Origin: Spongiibacteraceae bacterium
GTDB lineage: Bacteria; Pseudomonadota; Gammaproteobacteria; Pseudomonadales; CAMLJR01
Assembly: GCA_043786385.1 (NCBI GenBank)
Contig: JAYVWC010000013.1
Coordinates: 722 to 64,721, forward strand
DNA: 64,000 bases
Reading direction: 5' to 3'
Shown here in pieces: positions 1-9,771 of the stretch (positions are counted from its first letter, which is position 1; each line of letters begins with the position of its first letter). Below the pieces are notes generated by a model, which was not told where the DNA came from, did no database searches, and saw only the letters and a program-made list of their open reading frames with translations. Both the position numbers and the translations under genes were made by a program.

Positions 1-1556
1 ACTAGGTCGGGATCGAGAAACGGAACCCTCACTTCAACGCCAGCAGCCATAGAGGTTTTGTCGGTGTAATTAAAATTATGATCGATTAGAAAATATTTTT
101 GTTCCAGATACAGCATTTGGTTCAATGGTTCGCTGCCTGCAACGCCATCGGCAAGCGATGCGCGGAGTGGAGCAGTTATATCGGCTGCCGCTAAGTCCGC
201 GCGTATCGAGGGATGAAACAGTGCCAGGCTTTGCTGCGGTTTAATCCAAAAAAAATAGCTGATTAATCGATCGACCGTCGGCAAGCCCGCGTATGCAAAT
301 GCTTTGCTGATGCGGCGTAATAGCTGCGAATGCTGCGGCAGCGCCGCGCTGCCGGCGCTAAGCAGTTGTCGAGCTGGCGATGGCAGCCACGACCATAATT
401 CCTCTTGCAGCAGTGCGTAATGCCTTCTGTAGCCGGAGAAGATATCGTCGCCACCGGCACCTGATAACAGTACCTTGATATTCATCGCGCGCGCTTGCTC
501 GGCGATATACAGCGAATTGAGCGGCGCCGGATCGGCCTGGGGCTCATCCAGCGCAAATAACATGCGCGGCAAATCGTGCACTATATCGGGTGTGACTTGT
601 ACTATTTCTAATGGCACGCCGAGTTTGCTCGCCATCAATTTTGCATAGGGCAAATCCTCAGCCATGCCTTCCTGCTCGGCACCTTGCAGCTCAATGGTGA
701 AACACTGTAATTTTCGGTCGAGCGCCTTGGTGGCAAAATGACAAATCGCGCTGGAATCAACACCACCGGAAAGGAACGCACCGACCGGCACATCGGCGAC
801 CAGCTGACGCTGTACAGCTTGCTCAAGTCGTTGGCGCACACCGGTAACGCCTTGCTCAAGCGTGCCTGCGAAGGTTGGTGTAAATGCCGGATATTCTGCA
901 AACGATGCGTGTGTACGAATAGCTTTATTTTTAATCAGCAAATAATGGCCAGGTTCAAGTTTGCGTACTGCTTTGAGCGCAGTACGCGGCGTTGGTGTCC
1001 ATAAAAATGTCAGCGATTGCCACAGGGCGGTATGATCAAGATCGCGCGAAACATCGGGTGAGCAAAGAAGCGCTTTTAATTCGCTGGCAAAAATTACGCC
1101 TTTCGTGGTCGGCGCGTAATAAAGTGGTTTTACGCCAAATGGGTCGCGCGCAATCAGCAGCTCGCCTTGCAATTTATCCCAAATAGCAAACGCATAAATA
1201 CCATTGAGCTTACGCAGCGCGCTGATGCCTTCGCGAATATAGGCGTACAGAATAACTTCGCCGTCACCTTCAGAGTGAAAAGTGCAGCCCGCATCGACTA
1301 AGTTTTTTCGCAATGCTTTGTAGTTGTAAATTTCGCCATTGAAAACGATGGCGTAGCGACCGCTGCTATCCCATATAGGCTGATTGCTGCGCGGCGATAA
1401 ATCGATAATGGAAAGGCGGGCGTGGACAAGTCCTATTTGTTGCGATTCGTCGTGCCAGTGTGCCTGATGATCGGGGCCGCGCTGTTTAAGCATGTTGCTC
1501 ATGTGCGGCAGAATCGATTCTTTAAAGGCTCCTTGGAAGCCAGCAATGCCGCACAT
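1..1556 (-). CDS. asnB: Asparagine synthase (glutamine-hydrolysing) family amidotransferase, 3' end outside the window
   Basis: Translated by hand; absent from the ORF track because its stop is off-window. It starts MCGIAGF...RGPD (Ntn Cys2), and MAAGVEVRVPFLD lies in the same frame at positions 12-50. Confidence 0.93.
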   Translation of the reverse strand, partial: MCGIAGFQGAFKESILPHMSNMLKQRGPDHQAHWHDESQQIGLVHARLSIIDLSPRSNQPIWDSSGRYAIVFNGEIYNYKALRKNLVDAGCTFHSEGDGEVILYAYIREGISALRKLNGIYAFAIWDKLQGELLIARDPFGVKPLYYAPTTKGVIFASELKALLCSPDVSRDLDHTALWQSLTFLWTPTPRTALKAVRKLEPGHYLLIKNKAIRTHASFAEYPAFTPTFAGTLEQGVTGVRQRLEQAVQRQLVADVPVGAFLSGGVDSSAICHFATKALDRKLQCFTIELQGAEQEGMAEDLPYAKLMASKLGVPLEIVQVTPDIVHDLPRMLFALDEPQADPAPLNSLYIAEQARAMNIKVLLSGAGGDDIFSGYRRHYALLQEELWSWLPSPARQLLSAGSAALPQHSQLLRRISKAFAYAGLPTVDRLISYFFWIKPQQSLALFHPSIRADLAAADITAPLRASLADGVAGSEPLNQMLYLEQKYFLIDHNFNYTDKTSMAAGVEVRVPFLDPDL

Positions 1557-1640
1557 ATTAGAGTTTCCCCTCCCATTTAATTCAGGAATACGCTGTCATT
1601 GTAGTAAGTTGACCGGATACTTATATGGTTCTATCGCCAC

Positions 1641-2723
1641 TTAATTTTGATTTGGATACGTTAATTTTGGCGCTTGATATATTTTAATAATTCGATCTGC
1701 ATTTGAAGCCGGGCTATCAACCGGCTGCAGTGATTCGTGTTCGGAATTTATTTTACTAACCAATTTGAGTGCCAAGTCAGATGGATCGCCACATCGAAAA
1801 ATGGCGCAAAAATCTGGCCGTTCGCTTGAGTCTGAGGCAATAACAGGCACGTCAAAATGTGCCGCCTCCCGCACGGCCACTGCATCGCCATCGCTATCTG
1901 TAGCTCTGACATAGATGTCGCACTTACTCAACGTATACGCAAATTGTTCTGGAGTAAGGTCATACATAATTTCTGCCGAGCTGAGCTCTGACATCGAAGC
2001 TTTTAATTCCGCCATATAGGATGCGGTGAATGTATTGTATAAACACAGCAACAAACTAACTTTTTCTTTGAGCAGTGGGCTATCTTTAATGGCCGCTACG
2101 ATAGTGTGATAACCGTATAGCGGTTCACCATAACCAGAGCTGAGTATCACTAATCTGTTATCGATCCTTAATCGAGCAATCACCTGTTCGGCGGCTGGAA
2201 ATAATTCGATAGTTGGAGGTATATATGCGGGTATTACGTCGACAGCATTTTCTTCAATACCTAGCGATATCAGCAACAGTCGCTGCTCGTTATTTACCGT
2301 AATGATGTGATCGAATTTTTTAAAGAGTGCCCTCATTAGCCACCGCTTTGCGCTGGGGGAGGAACGATAATTATCCGAAAACTGCCCGGAATGAATAGTA
2401 AGAATCGATTTTATATGCGCAGGAATGGCAAGTAGAAGAATTAAGCCAGCATAGGCGAAACGATCCATCGCGGACACATGAAAGTGGATGACATCGTAGG
2501 GCTTTTTACGCATGATCACGATGGCTTTTAGCAGTGCGAAAATACCCGCTGGTCCTATCCGACAAACCCCCTCATCGGTGGGATGGGTTTCGCTAGGCAT
2601 CCCATAGATATCTACAACATCGCAGCTAAAGTCGTGTGCATGTATCTCCTCTCGCAAGCGTTTAATATGAACACTGTTACCTCCAATTGGCGGTGGATAT
2701 GCGCCCACAATTAATACTTTCAT
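1641..2723 (-). CDS. Glycosyltransferase, GT4/GT-B family
   Basis: N-terminal VLIVGAYPPPIGG and C-terminal DGDAVAVREA...PVIASD (EX7E-like region); lies in the EPS locus. Confidence 0.8.
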   Translation of the reverse strand: MKVLIVGAYPPPIGGNSVHIKRLREEIHAHDFSCDVVDIYGMPSETHPTDEGVCRIGPAGIFALLKAIVIMRKKPYDVIHFHVSAMDRFAYAGLILLLAIPAHIKSILTIHSGQFSDNYRSSPSAKRWLMRALFKKFDHIITVNNEQRLLLISLGIEENAVDVIPAYIPPTIELFPAAEQVIARLRIDNRLVILSSGYGEPLYGYHTIVAAIKDSPLLKEKVSLLLCLYNTFTASYMAELKASMSELSSAEIMYDLTPEQFAYTLSKCDIYVRATDSDGDAVAVREAAHFDVPVIASDSSERPDFCAIFRCGDPSDLALKLVSKINSEHESLQPVDSPASNADRIIKIYQAPKLTYPNQN

Positions 2724-3793
2724 GAAACGGCCTGATTACGTGAAGAAGGGTTTTTGAAGTTGATCTTGTATTTCTTTAGTCCAAGGGCTGGTTTTTCAAT
2801 TAGCATCCACGAAAACGTGGCTAGTAGAAAGGTGATGGCTAGTACGGCAAGGAAATAAGAGTAGGAGCCGATCAAGCCAAGTTCCACAAATATATTTATG
2901 GCAATCATATGATATATATATATACCATATGAAATATCATGCCCCCGCAGAATTTTCCTGGAAAGCCAGGGTTGTGTATGGGCCGCGCCGATCACTAAGC
3001 AGCCTAACAATATAGTTGAAGCTGGATTGATGCTGTTGCCACTTACAGGGATGCCAGCTTTATGCAAAATAAATGCTAGGAGGAGGTAGGTTACAGTTAT
3101 CGGAGCGATTTTTCCTGCTAGATATCGGGTTATTAGTTGCCTATTTCTCTGGAAGATGACGCCTATAAGAAACATATAGAAGTAAGGCGTAGCGGTCACC
3201 CCAAACAGCTTAACAAAAATAGTGTCGTGCACACCTGAAATGGCATTGTTTATTTGGTTGGCGCTTATAAGAAGTATAAAAATACCACTTATCAGCCACT
3301 TATTCCAGTTTGCTTTATCTAATGCTAGATAGGTGAGAGGCAATAAAATATAAAATTGTAGTTCTACAGGGATTGTCCATAAACTTCCATTGAGTACGCC
3401 GACGCCATACCCCCTTAAGAAGTCTGGATTGTAAAATTGCGCGATTGATATTTGTGAAAAAATCCAAGCAAATGAGTCGCGCCAAGGTATTCCTTGGCGA
3501 TAAAAAATCTCCACGCTGATTATCGATAAAAGAAAGCAAGCCCATAGTCCAGGATATATGCGCAAAACTCGATTTCTAGTATATGAAAATAAATTTTTTG
3601 ACTTTTCGTAGGAGGCAGATACTAAGAAGCCGCTAATGACAAAAAATATTGGCACACCGGGGAAGAGCTGTAGCCATTCGATGGCGGCCGCGTTTAATTT
3701 TAAATGTTCAAAAGCATGAATAATCACAACCTGCGTGGCGGCTATAAGTCGAATTAAATCGAAATTATTCTCTCGTCGTGCTTCACCGATCAT
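2720..3793 (-). CDS. Membrane O-acyltransferase (Acyltransferase_3/OafA family)
   Basis: NNFDLIRL, VPIFFVISGF, RVLRIYP, NGSLWTIPVELQFY and DISYGIYIYH motifs; many hydrophobic segments. Confidence 0.9.
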   Translation of the reverse strand: MIGEARRENNFDLIRLIAATQVVIIHAFEHLKLNAAAIEWLQLFPGVPIFFVISGFLVSASYEKSKNLFSYTRNRVLRIYPGLWACFLLSIISVEIFYRQGIPWRDSFAWIFSQISIAQFYNPDFLRGYGVGVLNGSLWTIPVELQFYILLPLTYLALDKANWNKWLISGIFILLISANQINNAISGVHDTIFVKLFGVTATPYFYMFLIGVIFQRNRQLITRYLAGKIAPITVTYLLLAFILHKAGIPVSGNSINPASTILLGCLVIGAAHTQPWLSRKILRGHDISYGIYIYHMIAINIFVELGLIGSYSYFLAVLAITFLLATFSWMLIEKPALGLKKYKINFKNPSSRNQAVS

Positions 3794-4001
3794 GGTCGCG
3801 TTCAGCCCCTAAATATGCTTGCCTTAACGTGGAGGCAGAGTAGCTTTTGTCCGCGAATCCTCCCGGTGTCTGCGGCGTAAGATAATGCTCATTTGTGCTC
3901 AATTTGGCTCCGGATCAAATGCTTCTGATTTCAGTATTTGAGTTTTTAGGGTATAAGGCGCGCCCCGATAAACCACTATCAGCGTAAGTTCTTGTCACGC
4001 G

Positions 4002-6233
4002 CTATTGCGTTTGCTGAGTGCTGAGATTTCTTAGTCGCAGTAACGCCTGCTTGCGTGCCACTTCGATTTTATTCGTATCATATTGTTCAGGGCTTAAAAT
4101 GCTGGCGCGATCTATTCCTGCAGCCGCTAGCAAATGGTAATCTTGAATGCCCTGCTTAAATGCTTCCCACCGGCGACTCGATTCAACTCCATTGCCATCG
4201 CCCCCTTCATAAACCACCGCATAATCTGGTCGGCGCCCATCAAGGTCATCGCGAGCGGTAGAGTTACCCGTATCGCTATACGACCAAAAACCGATACCGG
4301 TTGCGCCGAATCGCCATGCTTGCCAAGGCAGTGTACGGTAAAACTGTACTGGCGAAGCTAATTTTGCAGGTTCTGGTGGTACGGCATAAAGCCACCACGG
4401 TCGCCCTAGTTGGCGAAATAATACGCCTTCCGCATCAGACATTAATTGCAAGTTTGGTTGCCACAACGTTATTTGCTTCTGCATTTCGATAATTTTCGTA
4501 GTTTGTCCCAAAATGCTATCTGCTACGATAGGGTTGGCGTAAGTACGAATGGTGGGGTCGTGCTCGCGTACGACGTTTAGAATGCTTTGAAGCAGGTCCA
4601 ATTGTTCGTCATGTGGCTCGTCAACTGGATATAATGCCCAGTTTTGTCGAGATATGCCGAGTGTTTCTAGATGTTTTGTAATTCGTGTTAGCCACTGCTT
4701 AAAAGCAAGTTTAGCTGCGTTCATGTCTTTCGGCTTACCGGGACTCACAATAAACGGATTCTTATTCTCATCCCAGCCCATGAAAAGTAGTAGTTGACCA
4801 TGAGGGCTGAACATTCGTACTTGACTGTCGAACTCTGTGTGTTGTCGTTGATCCCACGCTCCATCTAGAGATGCACCGGGAATCACACTTGGTGCAATCA
4901 CAAAAACATTGGTCCCGCTACTAAAGAGTTCGGCCGATGCCAAAGCACGATTACGCCAAATTGGGCCTGCATCTGGGTACGCCCAATTGACAACTTGCAG
5001 GGATGCTGCTGAATTATTATCAGTTACCACATCGACACTAACTGGGATCGTTGCTTGTTGTTGTAACGTTTTGGAGTCAACAATTTTCAAGTTGAATTGT
5101 TGGTGCGCGGGAAAGGTGGCTAGATTTACGTCGACCCATAAATATACCGGCTCTCCGGGCAATGGCTGAATTTTACCGTCATCTAGAGGCGCTAAACGAT
5201 CGTAGACACGTGCGCCATTGGCGGCTAATACTGGCATTAGCTGTCGTATTTTAATGTTTTGCTCCGCTGTTATATTAGTCGGGCTGATTTGTAACAGCGT
5301 TGTCGTGTCTGCCGAGTTTGCCAATAGACCAATACAGAAGGTCTGAGTTTCACGATTGGTGCCGTTAAGCTCGATTGTGGGCATTGGTAAGTTCGCAGCC
5401 ATAGACTCAAACCATTTCTCCACAGGAAGCCACGGATCCTGTTGCCATATCACTAGCGTTTGATTCGAGGTGGGGATGTGGCTAACCTGCGCTTGAAGCT
5501 TCTGGTTGGCGTTTAATTGCTGAGCCATTTGTAACCGATGTCTACTATCGCTCACTGCGGCTGTTACGTCCGCTAATTCTGATGGTTGACTGGCAGGTTG
5601 ATTATCTTTGTTTGGTCCCTCTAGCTTGGTTGTACCGCTTTGCGTGCCAGATGAGACACGTGTCATATTAATAGTAGGGGCTACTGGAGCGGAGATGTGG
5701 CCGGCATCATTGGCTAGCTGCATTTCATCGAAAAAAATAAAGCGGCCGTTGCCTTGAACGACTAGAAGGAGCTTTTTTGCTGCATTAACTATCGGAATTT
5801 CAATCCACTGCGCGCGGTTACAATTTGCTTCGGTATTAATTTCCGATTTGTTGAGGTGGCGCCAGCCGCCAGGCACGATGCTGTAAACATCGATGCGTTG
5901 TGGAAATGAGACGCCTGCACCCGATCCGCAAGCGGTATGGAGCTTTAAAATACCGGTAGTTGCTTCACGCGAAATATCGACTTGAAAGCTAACGGTGGCA
6001 TGGTCTTTCCAGCCGATAGCCCCACGATATAACCACATTGGATGTTTTTCGATATTGCCGTCAGTTAATGTTGCACTGTTGTTACCGGTTAGAGGGTAAT
6101 CAGCGCCAATATCGGTATTGGAAACATGCAATAATGGTTCAGCCGGTAATGCTTGCGTAAGCGAGCCCATTATTATTAAAAGCAGCGTCGTAATCAGGTT
6201 CTGCGTTATAACACTTCCACCCGGTTTGCTCAT
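4002..6233 (-). CDS. Secreted multidomain protein with C-terminal DUF4091/GH123-like glycoside hydrolase region
   Basis: Signal-peptide-like N-terminus; YPVDEP acidic pair; GFWSY...DYAVVY...SSRRWEAFKQGIQDY tail typical of DUF4091 proteins. Confidence 0.6.
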   Translation of the reverse strand: MSKPGGSVITQNLITTLLLIIMGSLTQALPAEPLLHVSNTDIGADYPLTGNNSATLTDGNIEKHPMWLYRGAIGWKDHATVSFQVDISREATTGILKLHTACGSGAGVSFPQRIDVYSIVPGGWRHLNKSEINTEANCNRAQWIEIPIVNAAKKLLLVVQGNGRFIFFDEMQLANDAGHISAPVAPTINMTRVSSGTQSGTTKLEGPNKDNQPASQPSELADVTAAVSDSRHRLQMAQQLNANQKLQAQVSHIPTSNQTLVIWQQDPWLPVEKWFESMAANLPMPTIELNGTNRETQTFCIGLLANSADTTTLLQISPTNITAEQNIKIRQLMPVLAANGARVYDRLAPLDDGKIQPLPGEPVYLWVDVNLATFPAHQQFNLKIVDSKTLQQQATIPVSVDVVTDNNSAASLQVVNWAYPDAGPIWRNRALASAELFSSGTNVFVIAPSVIPGASLDGAWDQRQHTEFDSQVRMFSPHGQLLLFMGWDENKNPFIVSPGKPKDMNAAKLAFKQWLTRITKHLETLGISRQNWALYPVDEPHDEQLDLLQSILNVVREHDPTIRTYANPIVADSILGQTTKIIEMQKQITLWQPNLQLMSDAEGVLFRQLGRPWWLYAVPPEPAKLASPVQFYRTLPWQAWRFGATGIGFWSYSDTGNSTARDDLDGRRPDYAVVYEGGDGNGVESSRRWEAFKQGIQDYHLLAAAGIDRASILSPEQYDTNKIEVARKQALLRLRNLSTQQTQ

Positions 6234-6262
6234 GATGACCTCTGATATTGCGAGTTATTAGA

Positions 6263-7408
6263 TCAAACTACGTTTGACGCAGCGAACTTAGCAATAACTT
6301 TCAGTTTTTCCGGTGCAGCGATAAGTGTTGCTAATCCCGCCGCTAACTGATGAATGTCGTTGGCTTCAACCAATATGCCATTTTGCCCCGGTTTAACAAC
6401 GTCGCCTTCCAGAGCGCCAACATTGCTAGCAATTATCGGAATACCGTACGCAACAGCCATCATTCCGACCCCGGACTGCGTCGCAGTTCGATAGGGGAGT
6501 ACTAATACATCAAGATTAGCCATTAGTTGATGGAATTCTTGATCAGTGACAAAGTCATTATATATTTCTGTTTTGATCGGTAGCGATAACCAGTTCTCCT
6601 TAGAGAAGTGACCTTGGCCGACGATAAAAATTTCGATCTGATCGGATTGAATCACTTTATCACGGAGTAGCTCTTTAAGAGCGTTATATAATACGTCCAG
6701 TCCTTTATAGGGCTCTATCCTTCCCATAAATCCAACACGTATAGGCGACAAGCTTATACGCTCAAAAATCCACGGGCGCTGTCTTTTACAGATTGTCTTT
6801 GGTACGGGATGAGGAATTTCGATTAAACGCTGAATATTTGAAAAAGGAGTATCTTTAGTTAGCTCATATTTGTGGACATGTATAAAAACATTGACGTTCC
6901 TTGCCGCATTCAGAATCCTACTATCGTTTATCTTAATTAATACCCTCCTATACCAGGAAATTTTTTCCTCATGTCTTTTGGGGTCATGAATAGTACATAT
7001 AAAAAAGATGGTGGGGAATGCTTGTGATAGTTCGCTTAGTAAAAAGCCTGTATGTAAAGCCATATCGGAAATATGGACAATAGCGGGTTGGAAATTAGAT
7101 ATATGTTCAAATATTGACTGATAAAAGCGACGAGCACAGCCCGCTTTAAATAAGCTGGTGACGGCAAGCGCTTTGTAATAGTTTGATGCGCCATCTAACT
7201 CGCTAGGAGTTATATATTTATCCAGTTCGTCCACTTGTAAGTTCGTCACAGAGGCTGATCCGCAAAAGCCGACTTGCCAATTGTTGCGCGCCAGTAAATC
7301 CAGCCAAGCTTGAGCATATTCATACATGCCTCCCACTGGAGAAAATGTACCATTTAATACCAGTAGTATTCTCTTTTCACTGACTAAGCTACTAAAGTCA
7401 ACCTCCAT
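6263..7408 (-). CDS. Glycosyltransferase, GT4 family
   Basis: GFMGRIEPYKGLD and LPYRTATQSGV...PIIASNVGAL motifs. Start moved to ATG 7408 (MEVDF) to avoid a long overlap with wzy. Confidence 0.85.
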   Translation of the reverse strand: MEVDFSSLVSEKRILLVLNGTFSPVGGMYEYAQAWLDLLARNNWQVGFCGSASVTNLQVDELDKYITPSELDGASNYYKALAVTSLFKAGCARRFYQSIFEHISNFQPAIVHISDMALHTGFLLSELSQAFPTIFFICTIHDPKRHEEKISWYRRVLIKINDSRILNAARNVNVFIHVHKYELTKDTPFSNIQRLIEIPHPVPKTICKRQRPWIFERISLSPIRVGFMGRIEPYKGLDVLYNALKELLRDKVIQSDQIEIFIVGQGHFSKENWLSLPIKTEIYNDFVTDQEFHQLMANLDVLVLPYRTATQSGVGMMAVAYGIPIIASNVGALEGDVVKPGQNGILVEANDIHQLAAGLATLIAAPEKLKVIAKFAASNVV

Positions 7409-8627
7409 GATTATTGCTCCGTAGCAAAGCAGTAGTGGCAAGCCTATTGGTTTTGTTAAGCTCAGACGATGATTTATAGCGTTGCCACGCAACTAACAGC
7501 CCGATTAAGAAGTACATAAATGAGTTTTCAAAAATTCGACTGTAGGTATAGGGGTAAAGCGGTAGTTCACCAATCATTCCTACAATAGGCAAAAATAAAA
7601 CCACTCCAGGAGCTATACGCCAATTCTTATAAATAACATAACTAAGCATCCCCATGCCTATCAGAAGGCCCAACCCCCCTCCTATGAGCAATAAATGTAG
7701 GTAGGTATTGTGTGCCGAAGTAATGTAACCATTTATAGATGGCAGCAATGGGTAAGCAAAATAACCGCCACCAAATATCATGTTTTGCTCTTTGATGCGA
7801 TCTATAGCCGCGAGCCAAAGCGGGGATCGGTTATCGCTTAATAGCAATTGATACCGCTCTAGCAGTGCGTCAGCTCCTTCAGAATGAATGAAGTTTAAAT
7901 AAATATAAGCTACTATTCCTCCCAGCAACCCTAATACTACACCGCTCAATACCATTTGTTTGGGTTTTGCTGCTAGAAATCCAAAAAGCATCCAGATAAG
8001 CATAGTTCGTGTCCCGGATAAAATAATCAAGGACATAAGTAACAGAATACCAGCATATCGCAGCACTTTGGGCGTAGCCGTATCGATCTGAGCAATCCAA
8101 AATACATAAAATAGCAGCATATAATTAGACCAGCCGTATGGCCGCAGATAGAAAAAAAATCCACTTCCTCTAAGCGAGATAATTCCATATGCGGCGGTAA
8201 TACACGCGATTAGCGTTGTGATAATTAATACTCGTCGGCTAAAAGTGAATTGCGTCCCTATAATGTAAGATGCAATTGAAACAAGGCACACTAATAGTAG
8301 TTGGGCCATCAGCTTTAATGTTGCTTGCTCAGGGATGGTGTTAAAAGTAAAGGTGCAGATCAAAAGCATCACTGTGAGTGAGCCAAGCATAGTTAGCAGC
8401 ATGCTCCATCTTGGGTGTGGGCCTATTGAATAAAACTTCAGGCACAATAGAAAGCCACAAGCAAAACTAATATAAATTATCCAAAAATAGCCAAGCAGCG
8501 GCTTATAATTTCGAATATCCGCTTGTAGAGGATTCAAAAAAAAGAAAAGTGTAATAGGGATTAAGTATCCTAAATATAGAATGTCTTCAGCTGAAGTACT
8601 TCGTCTAGTTTTCATAGAATTAATCAA
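7398..8627 (-). CDS. O-antigen ligase/Wzy polymerase family membrane protein
   Basis: About 10 hydrophobic segments; SGTRT, RSPLW and AHNTYL motifs of Wzy_C. Confidence 0.8.
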   Translation of the reverse strand: MINSMKTRRSTSAEDILYLGYLIPITLFFFLNPLQADIRNYKPLLGYFWIIYISFACGFLLCLKFYSIGPHPRWSMLLTMLGSLTVMLLICTFTFNTIPEQATLKLMAQLLLVCLVSIASYIIGTQFTFSRRVLIITTLIACITAAYGIISLRGSGFFFYLRPYGWSNYMLLFYVFWIAQIDTATPKVLRYAGILLLMSLIILSGTRTMLIWMLFGFLAAKPKQMVLSGVVLGLLGGIVAYIYLNFIHSEGADALLERYQLLLSDNRSPLWLAAIDRIKEQNMIFGGGYFAYPLLPSINGYITSAHNTYLHLLLIGGGLGLLIGMGMLSYVIYKNWRIAPGVVLFLPIVGMIGELPLYPYTYSRIFENSFMYFLIGLLVAWQRYKSSSELNKTNRLATTALLRSNNHGG

Positions 8628-9771
8628 TTTTTGGCTTACGCCATTTCAAAAAGAAGCTGTATAGCATACTGAGCTCGTAAGCTATAGAGACTTGAATTGC
8701 GGTGATTAGTTTGCCGGGATGTCGCCAAAAAGGTGCGCCGAGCTTTAATTTATTCGTCTGGCTGTTGCATACCAGGTCGGGAAGGTAGTCTAAAAGATAT
8801 CCTTCGTAATAAAGGCGTCCACACATCTCCAGATCTTCGGCTTCTCCCCACGCAATATCGATATTGTAAGGGTCTCGCACGATGCTGCGCATATTAAATA
8901 GAGTGACGCCGCCATCTATATACGGAACCCTATTTCGGAATAGGTAGAGGTGCCGAACGCCAAAGTCACTGGAAGTGATAGCTTTTTGGGGGCTCGGTCT
9001 CGCCGTATCATAGCTGCCGATCAAAATATAGTCCAGGTAGGGGTGCTTGTTGGTGCCATCCTGGAATATTACTTTTGGCGAAGCAATTTCGAAGTCTTTA
9101 TTTTTTAGCGCGATCCAGAATCCCTCTGGAAATAATATTCGCGTATGCGAAATTGCAAGTAAATCACTTTCTGCAAGCTTAAAAATAAGAGATTTTTTTT
9201 TGCATGTTAGAATGCGTCCGGTGCCATCTACAGCATCCATTGCCTGATACTGTATCCTCAGCTTAGGGAAGCTGGCGAGCAATGGTTCAGGATTATATTG
9301 GCCGCCTCCGACGATGATTACTTGGCAGTTCTTTACAGTTAAGCCAGCAATTTTCGCTATGCTATCTAACGCTGCCCATAGCAGTGGTTCTTCGGTATTA
9401 TTGCCGGAAAATACAATGCCGAAGGAAATGCTTTCCGGATGTTCTTTGGGCGCCGTTTTTCGTAAGCGGATAAATCCTTGGGCATTATTAAGGTGTATTA
9501 CCTCAACATGCTTCCCTATTGATTTCATGCATTCATTGCGCACTTGCCAGAAACCAACTTGCTTTGTAGAGAGCCCATATCCTTCTGTAGGCGATGAAAA
9601 TATTTCTAGAAAACCATCTTTTTTTAATCGAAAAAGACAATATTTGAATGCGTGCCGGAGAAGGCCGCGCTGTTTGAAGTATCGGACATCGAGATAAATG
9701 GATTCATAGGTTTTTGAGTCGGTCTGGATCTTATATAAATCATTAATTGTTCTAATACTAAGTTGCGTCAT
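8620..9771 (-). CDS. Hypothetical protein with GT-A/GT2-like C-terminal domain
   Basis: ISFGIVF...ALDSI...QVIIVG, KKKSLI, SHTRI and WGEAED pattern resembles GT2. Start set to ATG 9771, which overlaps the wzx stop as ATGA. Confidence 0.5.
   Translation of the reverse strand: MTQLSIRTINDLYKIQTDSKTYESIYLDVRYFKQRGLLRHAFKYCLFRLKKDGFLEIFSSPTEGYGLSTKQVGFWQVRNECMKSIGKHVEVIHLNNAQGFIRLRKTAPKEHPESISFGIVFSGNNTEEPLLWAALDSIAKIAGLTVKNCQVIIVGGGQYNPEPLLASFPKLRIQYQAMDAVDGTGRILTCKKKSLIFKLAESDLLAISHTRILFPEGFWIALKNKDFEIASPKVIFQDGTNKHPYLDYILIGSYDTARPSPQKAITSSDFGVRHLYLFRNRVPYIDGGVTLFNMRSIVRDPYNIDIAWGEAEDLEMCGRLYYEGYLLDYLPDLVCNSQTNKLKLGAPFWRHPGKLITAIQVSIAYELSMLYSFFLKWRKPKID

Noticed and set aside
1-1556. asnB as a pseudogene because it is missing from the ORF track
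   Set aside because: The N-terminal and distal motifs are in the same frame; the gene simply runs off the window edge.
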